DNA of 64,000 nt, taken from Macrostomum lignano. Lineage: Eukaryota. The translations under genes were made by a program, and so were the position numbers. The notes under the pieces were generated by a model. It saw nothing but the letters and a program-made list of their open reading frames with translations, ran no database searches and was not told the DNA's origin. Below, in pieces: positions 25,665-39,764 of this stretch. Position 1 is the first letter of the stretch; the number at the start of each line of letters is the position of its first letter. Location of the stretch: positions 261,173 to 325,172 of the forward strand of contig NIVC01001265.1 of assembly GCA_002269645.1 (NCBI GenBank), written 5' to 3'.

Positions 25665-28600
25665 CCCATGACAGACCTGAGCAGCGGCCAGCTCCTCGAG
25701 CCCCCTAGCCAGGGGACAGGCGGCCCCCACAGCCCAGCTGTAGTTGTAGCCCAGCTCAGCCTCCGCAAATTCTGGAGCATCGGCGGCGTCGGCCCCGCTG
25801 CCTGAGGCGGTCGCCGCAACCTCCGCCTGCTGCCTGCGCTCGGCGGCGCACAAGTCGGCGTCGTAGGGCGGCCCGTAGGCGGCGTCCTCGGAGGTGAGGA
25901 AGCGCCAGGGCTGCAGCAGCGCCGCGGCGGTGGCCGGTCGAAGGACGCGAAACTCGCGCCTGGCGCCGAGAGTCGGACTAAACGTCAGGTTGAAGAAGTG
26001 CGCCGCCTGGCTGTTCTGCTCGCCAACAAACTGCCAGAAGTCGTCGTCGTCGTCCTCGGCGTCGGCAGCGGCAGCGGTGCCCGAGGCCCAGGCCAGTCGG
26101 TCGGCCTCGCAGTTGCCGAGGAAGTTGCGGAAGCGGCAGGACACGGAGTGGTAGGCCACGGTGGCCAGGAAGTACTGGTTGAACTCGAACGACAGCGGGA
26201 ACTGCTGCAGCAGCTGGTGCACGCAGTCGGCGAACAACAGGAAGTGAGGCGCGAATTGCTGATTGTCGGCGCCCTTCAGCCGGCCGTAGCTAAGAGCGGG
26301 GGCGGGAGCCATTATGGCGGATTCTTAGAAATCGCGTGTAAAGAAAATTTCGATTCGATTTCGCTCATCATATTACTCGGAGAAATCGCTAACAACAATC
26401 ACTCTAGTTAATAAGATAATCCAACGACCCTAACAGCCAATCAGAAACAGCTTAGGCCCCAACTAACCAATCAGAGATAGTCCAGGCCCCAACCAGCCAA
26501 TCAGAGACAGTCCATGCTCCAACCAGCCAATCAGAGACAGTCCAGGCCCCAACCAGCCAATCAGAGACAGTCCATGCTCCAAACAGTCAATCAGAGACAG
26601 TCCAGGCCCCAACCAGCCAATCAGAGACAGTCCACGCTCCAAACAGTCAATCAGAGACAGTCCAGGCCCCAACCAGCCAATCAGAGACAGTCAACGCTCC
26701 AAACAGTCAATCAGAGACAGTCCAGGCCCCAACCAGCCAATCAGAGACAGTCCAGGCCCCAACCAGCCAATCAGAGACAATCCACGCTCCAAACAGTAAA
26801 TTAGAGACAGTCCAGGCCACAACCAGCCAATCAGAGACAGTCCATGCTCCAAACAGTCAATCAGAGACAGTCCAGGCGCCAACCAGCCAATCAGAGACAG
26901 TCCAGGCCCCAACCAGCCAATCAGAGACAGTCCACGCTCCAAAGAGTCTATCAGAGACAGTCCAGGCCCCAAACAGCCAATCAGAAAGCCTCACCGACTA
27001 TCAAACTGGTGGCCGAACAGCAGCCACTCCTTCTCTACCAGAGCCCGGAAGCCGGACATGGAGCGATAGTGCGGGTCCAGCATCAGCTGCGCCAGTGCCA
27101 GCACGCATGTCGTGGCGTCCCAGCCGTCTTCCAGCGCCATAAGCACCGAGCAGGCGCCACAGTCGACCAGGTCGGCGACAGCGCCGGCTAGTCGGAGCGA
27201 GCGCCGGACCAGTGCCGGCCAGCCGGATTCGTCGAATTTGCGCAGAAATCTGTGCCGCTTCTCTTCGCCAGCCAGCAGCAGCTTGCTGGGCAGGCAGACT
27301 CGCATGAGCTTCTTGAAGGCGTCCCGGACTGACTGGCGGGTTGGATAATCGTCCACTGCCAGCAGCTCTACGCCTTCGGTGCGGTGCGCCTTGATCTGCG
27401 GACAGGACAGTAATAACTTCTTTATTTCCATTCCGATTAATACAGGACAATATGTACTTTTATAATAACTACATGGCCAAAAGTAATTTACCAAAAAGTT
27501 AAACGGTTAAGATGCACTTTAATCACAATTAGCACGGACTAGATGTACTTTTATCCCACTTTACTGAGGTAAAATGTACTTTTATCTAAACACGGGTATA
27601 GATGTAAATACAACCTACGAATGTACGAGTATCATTACTTAATACATCAACTCCCAAATGACTTGGCATAGAAACTGTCTCGCAAACCTTATTAAGAAAC
27701 GCCCTATCCGTAAAAATGTACAGCGCAGTTTGAGTCGCAGTGTCGGTGCCGCCGGCGGCTTGATCGGTATTTGTCAGGTCGGCCATGGACGCCGGCGAGT
27801 TGTCGCCTGGAATAGCGGCAGGGCAGGGGGGGGGGAATGCATCAGTGTTAAACGGGCTGGTTTGACTATCGAGATGCTTACAGTGAAGAAGACAACTGAG
27901 TGCGGTGGAGCGTGACATGAACTTTCTGTGGCAATCTATTTAGCGTTTTTAGGTAGGGTATGGGATTCAGTGTGGGTAGAGTATGGGATTCAGTGTGGGG
28001 TAGAGTATGGGATTCACTGTGGGGTACAGTATGGGATTCAGTGTGGGGTAGAGTATGGGATTCAGTGTGGGGTAGAGTATGGGATTCAGTGTGGGGTACA
28101 GTATGGGATTCAGTGTGGGTAGAGTATGGGATTCAGTGTGGGGTACAGTATGGGATTCAGTGTGGGGTAGAGTATGCGATTCAGTGTGGGGTAGAGTATG
28201 GGATTCAGTGTGGGGTAGAGTATGGGATTCAGTGTGGGTACAGTATGGGATTCAGTGTGGGGTACAGTATGGTATTCAGTGTGGGTAGAGTATGGGATTC
28301 AGTGTGGGGTACAGTATGGGATTCAGTGTGGGGTAGAGTATGCGATTCAGTGTGGGGTAGAGTATGGGATTCAGTGTGGGTACAGTATGGGATTCAGTGT
28401 GGGTACAGTATGGGATTCAGTGTGGGGTACAGTATGGTATTCAGTGTGGGGTACAGTATGGGATTCAGTGTGGGGTAGGGTATGGGATTCAGTGTGGGGT
28501 ACAGTATGGGATTCAGTGTGGGTAGAGTATGGGATTCAGTGTGGGGTACAGTATGGGATTCAGTGTGGGGTAGGGTATGGGATTCAGTGTGGGGTAGGGT

Positions 28601-31600
28601 ATGGGATTCAGTGTGGGGTACAGTATGGTATTCAGTGTGGGTACAGTATGGGATTCAGTGTGGGTACAGTATGGGATTCAGTGTGGGGTACAGTATGGTA
28701 TTCAGTGTGGGGTACAGTATGGTATTCAGTGTGGGTACAGTATGGGATTCAGTGTGGGGTACAGTATGGGATTCAGTGTGGGGTAGGGTATGGGATTCAG
28801 TGTGGGGTAGGGTATGGGATTCAGTGTGGGGTACAGTATGGGATTCAGTGTGGGGTACAGTATGGGATATCAGTATGTGACAGGCGCATCTTAGTGGTAC
28901 ATAATGAATTGCAATATAATGCTACAATAGCAGTTATTAATTTATAATTATAACAAGCCGGTTGCTAACGCAAAGATAGCATTTGAAATTAGTAGGCAGC
29001 CAATATTGCGCGGCTTGCAATTGAATAATAAGTTTGCAAGAAAAATATTTAAGTCAACTTAGGGCCACTAAAAAGAAGTGTTGAAACATTTTCATATAAT
29101 TTTATTCACTAAATTAGGGTTATTTAGCACGCACTGTAATGATTTAGAATGAAAAGTCTTCATTCGCTACTACTAATGAGTAGGCGATCTCTTATTGATA
29201 TGTGCGGCCAGGGCTTGGAGCTATTTTGTCGATTTACTAGCATCAACAACAGTGTATTCAGAAACCCAATTACTGGTACACTACTTGATAGTAGTACACA
29301 TGAACTATACTAATATGCTGGACAAGTTCGAAATTTACTTTGATAAGCGCAAGTAAAGCAAAGCTCTGTATCTCAGTCTTGAACTTGATAAGCGATTCAT
29401 ACAGTTTAAATTAGCGCTAAAACTGTGCGTACAACAGTAATCCATGGTCTGATAGTGGCGCCTGGCGCCCGCGCTACCTGACTGGCGCCAGGCGCCTGAT
29501 AATGACAGGCGATTGGCGCCAACTGACTGGGCGGCGACTGAGGCAGCTGCGATTGGGTGATGCCGAAAGAAAATTAATTAATTAAGAGAAAACCTGCTGG
29601 GTGCGCTGACATTGTGCAACAAATGATGGATGCTTATAACACCGACAGCCGCGACACCAGATAGGGTAAAGCTTGCCACTAAAGTGCACCGGGACAGTTA
29701 TATCAAGGACTCTGGCTCTGAGAAAGTCAGGTCCGCTGTACACCCTGTGTGTGTATGAGTGCGTGCTTGCGTACAGTACTGGCACGCTTGTATGTGTAGG
29801 AGCGAATTGAGAAACGCGCCGTCATCCCTTATTGGACAGGAAGTGGGGTGGGTGCCGGAGCGAGTTAGAGTGAGAGCGATGCAAGACTGGGACCATCAGG
29901 GAGTGAGGTGGGTGTCTGGCGGGAGTGTGTGAGGGCAATACTCGTAAAAGACGCCAAACGGTGCCCCAATTAATCTGAGGCCACTATCAGAAAGTGGTTG
30001 GGTGTCTAGCGGGAGTGCTTGAGGGTAATAAAAGACGTCAAACAATGCCCCAATTAATCTGAGGCCACTATCAGGGAGCGGGGTGGGTGTTTAGCGGGAT
30101 AGAGCAGAGATAAAAAAGGCGCTATCGAGCCCCATAAAATCTGACTTAAATAGTAAACATGCATAGTTCTACTGACGGGCCAGAAACGCTTAATGAAATT
30201 GTATAATGAATTTCACAAACGGGGTGACAACAATAAATATTGAAATTACCGTGAAACAAATTAGGCAGCAGTATATAGCGAGGAGATTAGTGTTGCTTGC
30301 ACTAGAATTACTAGGTGTATTATTACTAATACTATTATTATGCTGCTTAGCTCAAAAAATATTGCTTGCTTTTACTTCAGTATCGTACACGAAGAGTCAA
30401 CTAAGGCTCTCACTGATAATTTGTAGCTTTTTTATATCTTAAACTCGTTGGCACAATGCAAATCGATAATACAATCGTTATTGGTTACTAACAGTAGCTA
30501 GTTAGGAAAAACACTATATTAGGTAGTAACAATAATAGAAGGCAGACGCGAGCGGTGCACAGACAAATAATAATGGTAGGCAACTACAGACCAGCCAGTC
30601 TGGAGCGATATGACTGAATAGTTTTAACACGATTGGCCGGCGATGCAGCCTGGCTGCGTCTGATGCTGCTGCGCATCAGGCTGAGGCCTCTGGACAGGGG
30701 CGTTGGGGCTGCAAAAACCGGTCGAGCCTTCGCTACTGTAGCAGCACAGGGCGCTTTTTACACGTTAATTATTTGAGATAAATAAATAAATATGGCACAA
30801 CAGGGACAAGATTCTGTGATTGTAATTTTTCAGTTGACTTTAAGTAGCTAAATATAACAAAAATATTTTTATGACGAGAGAGTATTTAAAAAAACAAACG
30901 TTTTAATATTTGCGGTAATTATTAACAGAAAGATATTAATTCTGGATTGTATACAGCCCCTCGGATACACAAAATTGTAAAATAATAATGCCAATTTTTG
31001 TTAAAAATAACAAAAATTATCTACGGGAGAAGACAAAACAGCTCCGCAACTGCGCTAGACGACAACAAAAAAATAGTTTAAATTGTAGGTGAAAGAGATG
31101 GGTTCTAAACAAGGAGGCACACGGGCAGATGATGCATGGATTTTTACGACGAGTTGAACTAATGCGCGCTCAAGGTCGTAATTTTAGTAGGGTATAAAGC
31201 TGATAATGTAAATATTTTATCTGTTGACGCTCATTAGCAGCATGGCCAGGATTCCTACAGTCTTCCTACGTTTAACTAACTCGACGCTCATTGGCGTTTC
31301 TACCGCACTCATTTCTACCCCTAACTCGACGCTCATTGGCTAGTTTCTAGCACCCTCATTCCTACCCCTAACACGACGCTCATTGGCTAGTTCCTACCAC
31401 ACTCATTCCTACCCCTTACTTGACGCTTATTGGCTAGTTCCAACGAAACTCATTCTTACCTCTAACCCAATGTTCACTGGCTAGTTTCTAGTCCCTAGAC
31501 ACCACCTCACACCCATTCGACCCCATAATCTAAGCACTATCGACTAGTTAAAGCTGAGACAGTACTAGTGGGTGTATCTAGTGGGATATAGAACTGTTTT

Positions 31601-32933
31601 ACATACCAAAAGATCCTAAACTAAATAGCATTAATAGAAACACTATAATGAGCAAAGCTTGCGCGACGTGAAGTAACTAAACAAAAGAAAAAGGATGTGT
31701 ATTAAGGAAAACTAACTAAATCACGCGACACAGAAAAATAGAAAGACAAATAAAAGAAGTGATGATTAATGCTTGGCCAAAGATTATCACAAAACTACGC
31801 CAGCCAACTGACAATGCAGATTTTTTAGAAACATAAAAGCGCGCAAACAAACACACACGCAGCCAACTCAGACATACACGTGCGCCGCTGCAATTTACTG
31901 CCCAATATTGGCGAGTAGACTCGTCTGAGCACTAAAAATTGAGATAGATGAAGAGAATGCCAAAATGGAACAGATAGTCACGATTCCCTATCAATTTATT
32001 ACGAGCGTATTTATAAAAAGCAGCTCAAAGAAAAACAAAATGATTTTGGCATTTAGAAAAACAACTGCTGTTTTATTTGACCTGCGCCGGGCAGGCAAGC
32101 CAATGCGAAGCAAATTGGTACACGTTGCGTGCCTATTATACTACTACTCTTATGTAATAAGTTGTGCAAAAGGGTATAAAAAAAAAAACACAAAAACTCT
32201 ATTTGACATCAACTAATATAAAATGATTTTATGCACTCGTAGAATCCACGCTGAAAATCCCTAAACTTGAAACAACTATTTTCATAAATAGTAATACGAC
32301 GAACTACTTTGTCAATTCAATGCAATACACTACTACTGCAGTAGGATAAGTAAAAATTAATTCACAAAAAGCAACTGCACTCACTTTTGCTCCTGCTAAT
32401 GCCGACGCCAGAGCGGATATTCGGCGCCCCGGCGCTAGATGAGGCGCGCATCGAGCTCAAGAATTTGTTGAATCCGCTGGCAGACGAATTTGTTGTTGGC
32501 GAGCGCCGTCTGGACTGCACTGGGGTGGCCAGCGGGCAGCTGAGACCGCCGCCAGATGATGAAGCTGCTGGGTAGCCGGGCGCTCCGGCGCCAATCGACC
32601 CGGAGTCGTCATCCGCAGCGCCTGAGGCAGCCTGAGCAACTGATGCGGAGCTCAGGGCAGCCGAAACAAGGGCCTGGAACAGGCGCTGCTGCTCCTCGGA
32701 TAGGCTGGAGTCGGTGGCCGCTGAAGTGGACGATGAAGCCGACGGGTCCAGACTCTGCTGCTGCTGTTGCTGATGATGATGGCTGCTGGCGATGGCGAAG
32801 TTCACCGCTTTGGCCTGGGAAAGCCAAGTTTGAGGCAAGAAGCTTGCGAATCGGATTGGTTGGTTAGACTGATGATGACGGTGACGGGGAGGCGGGGAAG
32901 AAGCTCAGCGGCTGCAACCATCAATCAATCAAC

Positions 32934-33002
<69 letters not shown>

Positions 33003-36000
33003 TACTAATTTCTATCTCTATTTCCAGGTTTGCAGGCTTCTTTAACTTCAGCCTAATGAGGCAAAAAGTGACTAGGAGCTAATTAGGGGGCATTCATACA
33101 AAGTTTTAAAATTTATTTTATTCAAAAAACGAGAGACTGTTTCATGCCATGCAGACCGGCTAAAAACCCACCTGGAAGCCACCGGAGCGGAGCAGCAGTG
33201 CCCCGGTTGCCTGACAGCGCCAGGTGAGCACCGGGAACCGGCCTTGCCGGTGCGCCCGGGCCAGCCGCTTCAATGCGTCGTCGGACACGCCAGCCGGCAC
33301 AGTCAGCAGGGCCGGGTAGCTGGGCACCAGATCGTGCGAGAAGTTCAAGTAGGTGACCCGGACATCCTGTTGCTGGCTGCCGTGGCCAACTGGATGGTGC
33401 GGGCTCTGCTGGTGCTGCTGCAGCGGCAGCAGGTCGAGCCGGCGAAGATCTTCGTAGGCAGGGGAGCGGAGCAGGCTGCGCAGCAGCTCCGAGGACTGCT
33501 GGTGCTGCTGGCTTAGAGGCCGGATTGGGGCGGCGTCTGGGCGGTGGCAGAGAGTGGGGGGCGGCGCTGAGTCATCGAGCTTCTCGGCTGGCCTTTTGCT
33601 TTTCCATCCATCCTATTCGGTGTTCTAACCGGCTCATCACACCCTCCCAGATCTTCAGTTGCTGGGCCAGCCTCCCAGATCCTCAGTTGCTGGGCCAGCC
33701 TCCCAGATCCTCAGTTGCTGGGCCAGCCTCCCAGATCCTCAGTTGCTGATCCAGCCTCCCAGATCCTCAGTTGCTGGGCCAGCCTCCCAGATCCTCAGTT
33801 GCTGGGCCAGCCTCCCAGATCCTCAGTTGCTGGGCCACCGCCAGCCTCCCAGATCCTCAGTTACTGGGCCAGCCTCCCAGATTCTCAGTTGCTGGGCCAG
33901 CCTCCCAGATCCTCAGTTGCTGGGCCAGCCTCCCAGATCCTCAGTCGCTGGGCAACCTTCTCAGATTCTCAGTGGCTGGGCCAGCCTCCCAGGACCCTGT
34001 CAATCACGCGGCCCGGACAGCTCACCACAGTCAGTCATCAGACTGGACCGGTTGCTTGAGGCGTCCGACTCCGAAGGCCGGGTTGTTCCAACCGGCTGCA
34101 GCAGGGTGCGCCGCTTCAGGCCCACCCGCTGGGCCGCGCTGGCTGTGCCCTTCATGATACGCCTGGGGAAGGGAGCGAAGGACACGAGTAAAGATAATTT
34201 GTTGAAGAAAGACCAATGCTAAAACGATGAACCAATACAGTCTACCCCAAGGTGACATTTTTTAGTCTTAAAGAAAGACAAAGATTACTATTACAACTAA
34301 ACTTCACATTCAGTAAAAAAGATACACCATAGTAACAAAGGCACACCATTGTAGCAAAGACACACCATAGTAACAAAGACACATCATAGTAACAAAGACA
34401 CTATAGTAACAAAGACACACCATAGTAACAAAGACACACGATTGTAACAAAGGCACACGATTTTAAAAGGCACATCATTGTAACAAAGGCACACGATTGT
34501 AACAAAGACACCATTGTAACTAAGGCAGACGATTGTAACAAAGACACCATTGTAACAAAGGCAGACGATTGTAACAAAGACACACGATTGTAACACAGAC
34601 ACACGATTGTAACAAAGGCACACGATTGTAACAAAGACACACCATTGTAACAAAGACATCCTAATCTTAGACGCAAACACTTGACTTGCATAGACACTAT
34701 ACTCGTACATGTATTTCCACACAAAGACCCGATGAAAAACCCAGACCAGATCAATACCACACTCACGTAAGCGTGGACTGCTTCAATTTTCGCTTCCTAT
34801 CGGCCAGAGTGGCGTCCTGACCGGCCGCGGTTTCGGCCGAGCAGCGAATCGCCCCGGGGAAAAAGTAGGCCCTGGGCCCCGGCCCGACCGGCCCGCCGCT
34901 GCCGCCGCCGCTGCCGCCGCCTCCAGCAGCGGCCGGATACCGGATGGCCTTGATGCTGTCCAACAGTTCGGTGATCTCTTCCTCAGCGGCATCGAATCCG
35001 ATTTTCAATGCCTCAAATGTGACAGACTTGAACAGCACCTGTTCGCGCACCGAATGCCGGTTTTGCACGGTCGGCAACAGCATGGGATCGCGCTCCGCCT
35101 TGCCCAGCCGCTTGATCTTGTACAGAGCGGCCAGCGGGAAGTAGCGGACTATCATCTTCTCCGACTGGAGCACGTTGGACGGCACGCCTTTGAATATGAT
35201 GCTGGGGGGTTGGGGTGTGTGTGATTATCCTCTGATACTACTGACAATACTCACTGCTGATACTACTGACAATGCTCACTACTGATACTACTGACAATTG
35301 ACAACCAATGCCGACCAATGCATGTAATGTATGCAAGAAAAATGCTGAAACATCCGGAACCCCCATGCAGCCCCTAGCTACCGGTAGTTCGTGAGCAGGA
35401 AGATGCCTTCGGCGGGCAGCCAAGCAATGTCCAGCGTCAACTCGTCGTCCGTCAGCGCCGAGCCGCCCCCGTGCCCAGCCGTGGCAGCGGCGACAGCGGC
35501 GGCGGCCGTATCGGTAGCCAGCTCAGCGCTGGAGTCCAACTCCAACCTGATTGGTTCGCGCCGGCCATCAGCGTACAGGTAGGCTCGCAGCGGCTTAGGG
35601 ACCAGATGCCGTTCCCCTGGCAACAGAGCTGGCGGCAGAATCTTGGCCTTCTGCGATTTCGGAATCTTACGATACTCAGCCCAGATACTGTCAACATTCT
35701 CCAGGTGCACATAGTTAATAAAGTCGTGCAGCTTAGTCTTCAACCTGTCGGCTCGTTCAACGGACAGGCGATTCTCTGAGCACACCCTGTCAAGGAATCT
35801 CTCCTTCACCCAGGTCTCCAGTTCCTGCACGAATGCCTCGTTAGAGTCCACGCAGATCCCGGACTCTTTGTCGATGGAGTCGGCCTCCCCGGCGCCCGAG
35901 GTGTGCTGCGAGCTGGAGTTATTATCGCATCCGGTGTCCATCATCAGGCGCGAGGAACCCGGCCCGCCGCTCCGGGATTCGAGCCGGCGACGACCCCGGT

Positions 36001-37863
36001 CAAGGGGGACGCGGAGCATGACCAGGCGGAAGATGAAATCGTTGGCGATGTTCTCAAGTGAGTCCTCTTCGCAGCGTTGCAACGCCTGGCGCTCCTCTTC
36101 GCCCAGGTCCTGGTAGCGGGACATCACCTTGGCAGCCACGTCCAGCGCGGACTGCTCGGCGCTGTGCTCCTCGGACTCCTGCGGACGGCGGGTGGTAGGG
36201 TCTGGTGGTGTTAGGGTCTGGTAGGGTTGGGTCTGGTGGTGTTAGGGTCTGGTAGGGTTGGGTCTGGTGGTGTTAGGGTCTGGTAGGGTTGGGTCTGGTG
36301 GTGTTAGGGTCTGGTAGGGTTGGGTCTGGTGGTGTTAGGGTCTGGTAGGGCTGGGTCTGGTGGTGTTAGGGTCTGGTAGGGTTGGGTCTGGTGGTGTTAG
36401 GGTCTGGTAGGGTTGGGTCTGGTGGTGTTAGGGTCTGGTAGGGTTGGGTCTGGTGGTGTTAGGGTCTGGTAGGGTTGGGTCTGGTGGTGTTAGGGTCTGG
36501 TAGGGTTGGGTCTGGTGGTGTTAGGGTCTGGTAGGGCTGGGTCTGGTAGGGCTGGGTCTGGTAGGCTGTAGTGGGTTGGGATCTAGTAGACTTAAGGGTT
36601 CAGTCAGACATGGTGCAGGGTTCACTCAGACAGGGTGCAGGGTTCAGTCAGACAGGGTGCAGGGTTCAGTCAGACAGGGTGCAGGGTTCAGTCAGACAGG
36701 GTGCAGGGTTCAGTCAGATAGGGTGCAGGGTTCACTCAGACAGGGTGCAGGGTTCAGTCAGACAGGGTGCAGGGTTCAGTCAGACAGGGTGCAGGGTTCA
36801 GTCAGACAGGGTGCAGGGTTCAGTCAGATAGGGTGCAGGACTCAGTCTAGGTACGCACCTCCGACAGTCCCATCCGCTTGTGCCACTCGTCCAGGTACAG
36901 CCGGCGCAAGTCGTCCTGCACAAAGCGGTTGAATGCCCAGTGCCAGAAGGCGTCAGATGTCCAGGCCGGGCAGGACTGAACCTCCTCGGTCATGCAGGCC
37001 AGCAGTTCAAGCTGAGAGTCAGAGCCCTCGGCGGACGGCAGCACGCAGTGTAAGGTGATCAGCAGCGGCAGGGTGAGTAGGGCGCATTCGCACTCGTCCT
37101 GCTGGGTGTCCAGCTTGAGCGCGTGCACCAACAGCTCACACACCTGACCGAGAGGTGATTAAAGCTGAATAGGACTGTGCATTGGAATCCCAAATATCAA
37201 GTTTCAAGGGGATCTCACTGAATCTCAGTGACCCTCCACCCCATCTTCAGTGCTCGGATGGGATCTCACTGAATCCCAGTGACCCTCCACCCCATCTTCA
37301 GTGCTCGGATGGGATCTCACTGAATCCCAGTGACCCTCCACCCCATCTCTAGTGCTCGGATGGGATCTCACTGAATCCCAGTGACCCACCACCCCATCTC
37401 TAGTGCTCGGATGGGATCTCACTGAATCCCAGTAACCCTCCACTGAATCCCCAGTGCTCGGATGGGATGGTCAGCCGCAGGTTGCAGGCAAAGCTAGCCT
37501 CACCAGTTCAAAGGGCTGCTGGTCCAGTGTGCGATAGCCGCGCAGGCAGACGAACTCGTTCAGCAGCGACACCATACGGAGCCGGCACCAGCGGCTGACC
37601 AAGTCCCGCTTGACCGCCTTCACAACCTTCTTGGCCTCGGATATTCGACCTTCAAAGATGCTGCGCACGCAGGCCTCCATGATGTCGAGCTTCTGTCGGT
37701 CGCTCATCTGATGATGGGCCGAGCGCGGCTTCGGTCGGAGCTCTTCGAGCCGCTGGCCGGGCCGAACTATGCGGCACTGCTGCTGCACCCGGGTGGCCAG
37801 CCTGCGGGGCGGGCGGGGGTGCGTGGCGTGCTCTGATGGCAGCGGCGGACTGACAGAAAGACT

Positions 37864-37907
<44 letters not shown>

Positions 37908-37934
37908 GGCAGACAGACAGACAGACAGACAGAA

Positions 37935-37970
<36 letters not shown>

Positions 37971-37996
37971 TGACAGACAAACAGACAGACACACAC

Positions 37997-38055
<59 letters not shown>

Positions 38056-38106
38056 CACACACAGACAGACAGACAGACAGACAGACTGACAGACAGATAG
38101 ATAGCC

Positions 38107-38197
<91 letters not shown>

Positions 38198-38198
38198 C

Positions 38199-38245
<47 letters not shown>

Positions 38246-38246
38246 C

Positions 38247-38300
<54 letters not shown>

Positions 38301-38320
38301 TGACAGACAGATAGATAGCC

Positions 38321-38399
<79 letters not shown>

Positions 38400-39696
38400 T
38401 ACACAGACAGACAGACACAGACAGGCACTAAGGCAAGCACTAAGATAGACACTGAGCCACACTAATACAGGCAGACAGCAGAAGTCAGAACTCACTTCTG
38501 CATGACGGGCTGCTTGGTGAGCGCGCTGTTGATGACCTGGCCAACCAGCTCGGCGTTGAGCTGAGGGAACGGCAGCTGGTACAGCCGCTGGTCGGCGCCC
38601 TCGGCCGGCTGAGGAACGATCTTCTGGAAGCGGGCCGCGCCTGGCGGGTTCTCGTTCTCGTACAGGCGCAGCGCCAGCCGATCGATTCGCTCCCGCCGGA
38701 CAGACGGGTCGGCGGCTTCAGCGGCCAGCCGCTCGGCCAAGCCGGCGTACTCGTCGTCGAAGGTGTCGGTGACGCGGAACGGCGGACCGCGCGTCTGGCA
38801 GAATTGATAGAACATGACCGTCTCCGAGGTGAACTTCTGCATGAATTTGTCGTCGGCGAAGCCGCGGGCGCCAAGAAAGCTAGCCTGGGTGATTGGAGAG
38901 AAATGAGGCACTTCTAATGTGGCGAGTCAATTATTAATAAAAATACAGTAACGGTTGCTCCCGCCGTTTACCCAAAGCAATTTTGGAAAGACCCACTTAG
39001 CACTCATTAGATGACGAGGCAACTTGTGTAAAAACACAGTAATAGTTACTCTCGCCGCTTACCTACAAAGGTTGATTTTTAGGTTGATCCTTATCGTTTT
39101 GAATTGATTATATCCAATATAATCGCATTTATACACAGACAGAACTGTCTGTAGACACATGATAAATTATATTACTTAATAATAACTATCATCATAAGCC
39201 TTAGCTAAGAGTATACTTATAACATCTATCCTGCTGCGCAGAAAATTCCTTAACGGAAAGTATAGGAAGACGACAAATATAAGGGTGTCTCCTCGGCCAC
39301 AGCATTTTCCCCTTAAGCCAGCTGCAGTGAAGACTTCCTTAAATTATATTCGCCAGCAGATCCCATTTTCCTCCTCTCTGTCTCTCTCTCCCTTTCTCCC
39401 CCCTTACTTAACCGCTTCATCGATCCCACTAATTTTTATCCCAAAGACAGCTGCATATGCAGGAACAACCCCAGTTGGTTCAGTGCGTTGAGTTATTTCA
39501 GACTCGCTCAGCATTATGAAGCAATACGCAATGGCTTGCACTACTTCAAAGCGGTTGAGCATCTATAAGATGGGTCAGAAAACTTCGGCCCGCGAAGCCT
39601 CTCTATCCGAATTTCGGGTCTTTGGAAACTGCACCATACCAACCTGGCCCGCTCAGGGCTTGTCTCTTCTCAGCTCTCTCTCTCTCTCCTCTCTCC

Positions 39697-39764
<68 letters not shown>

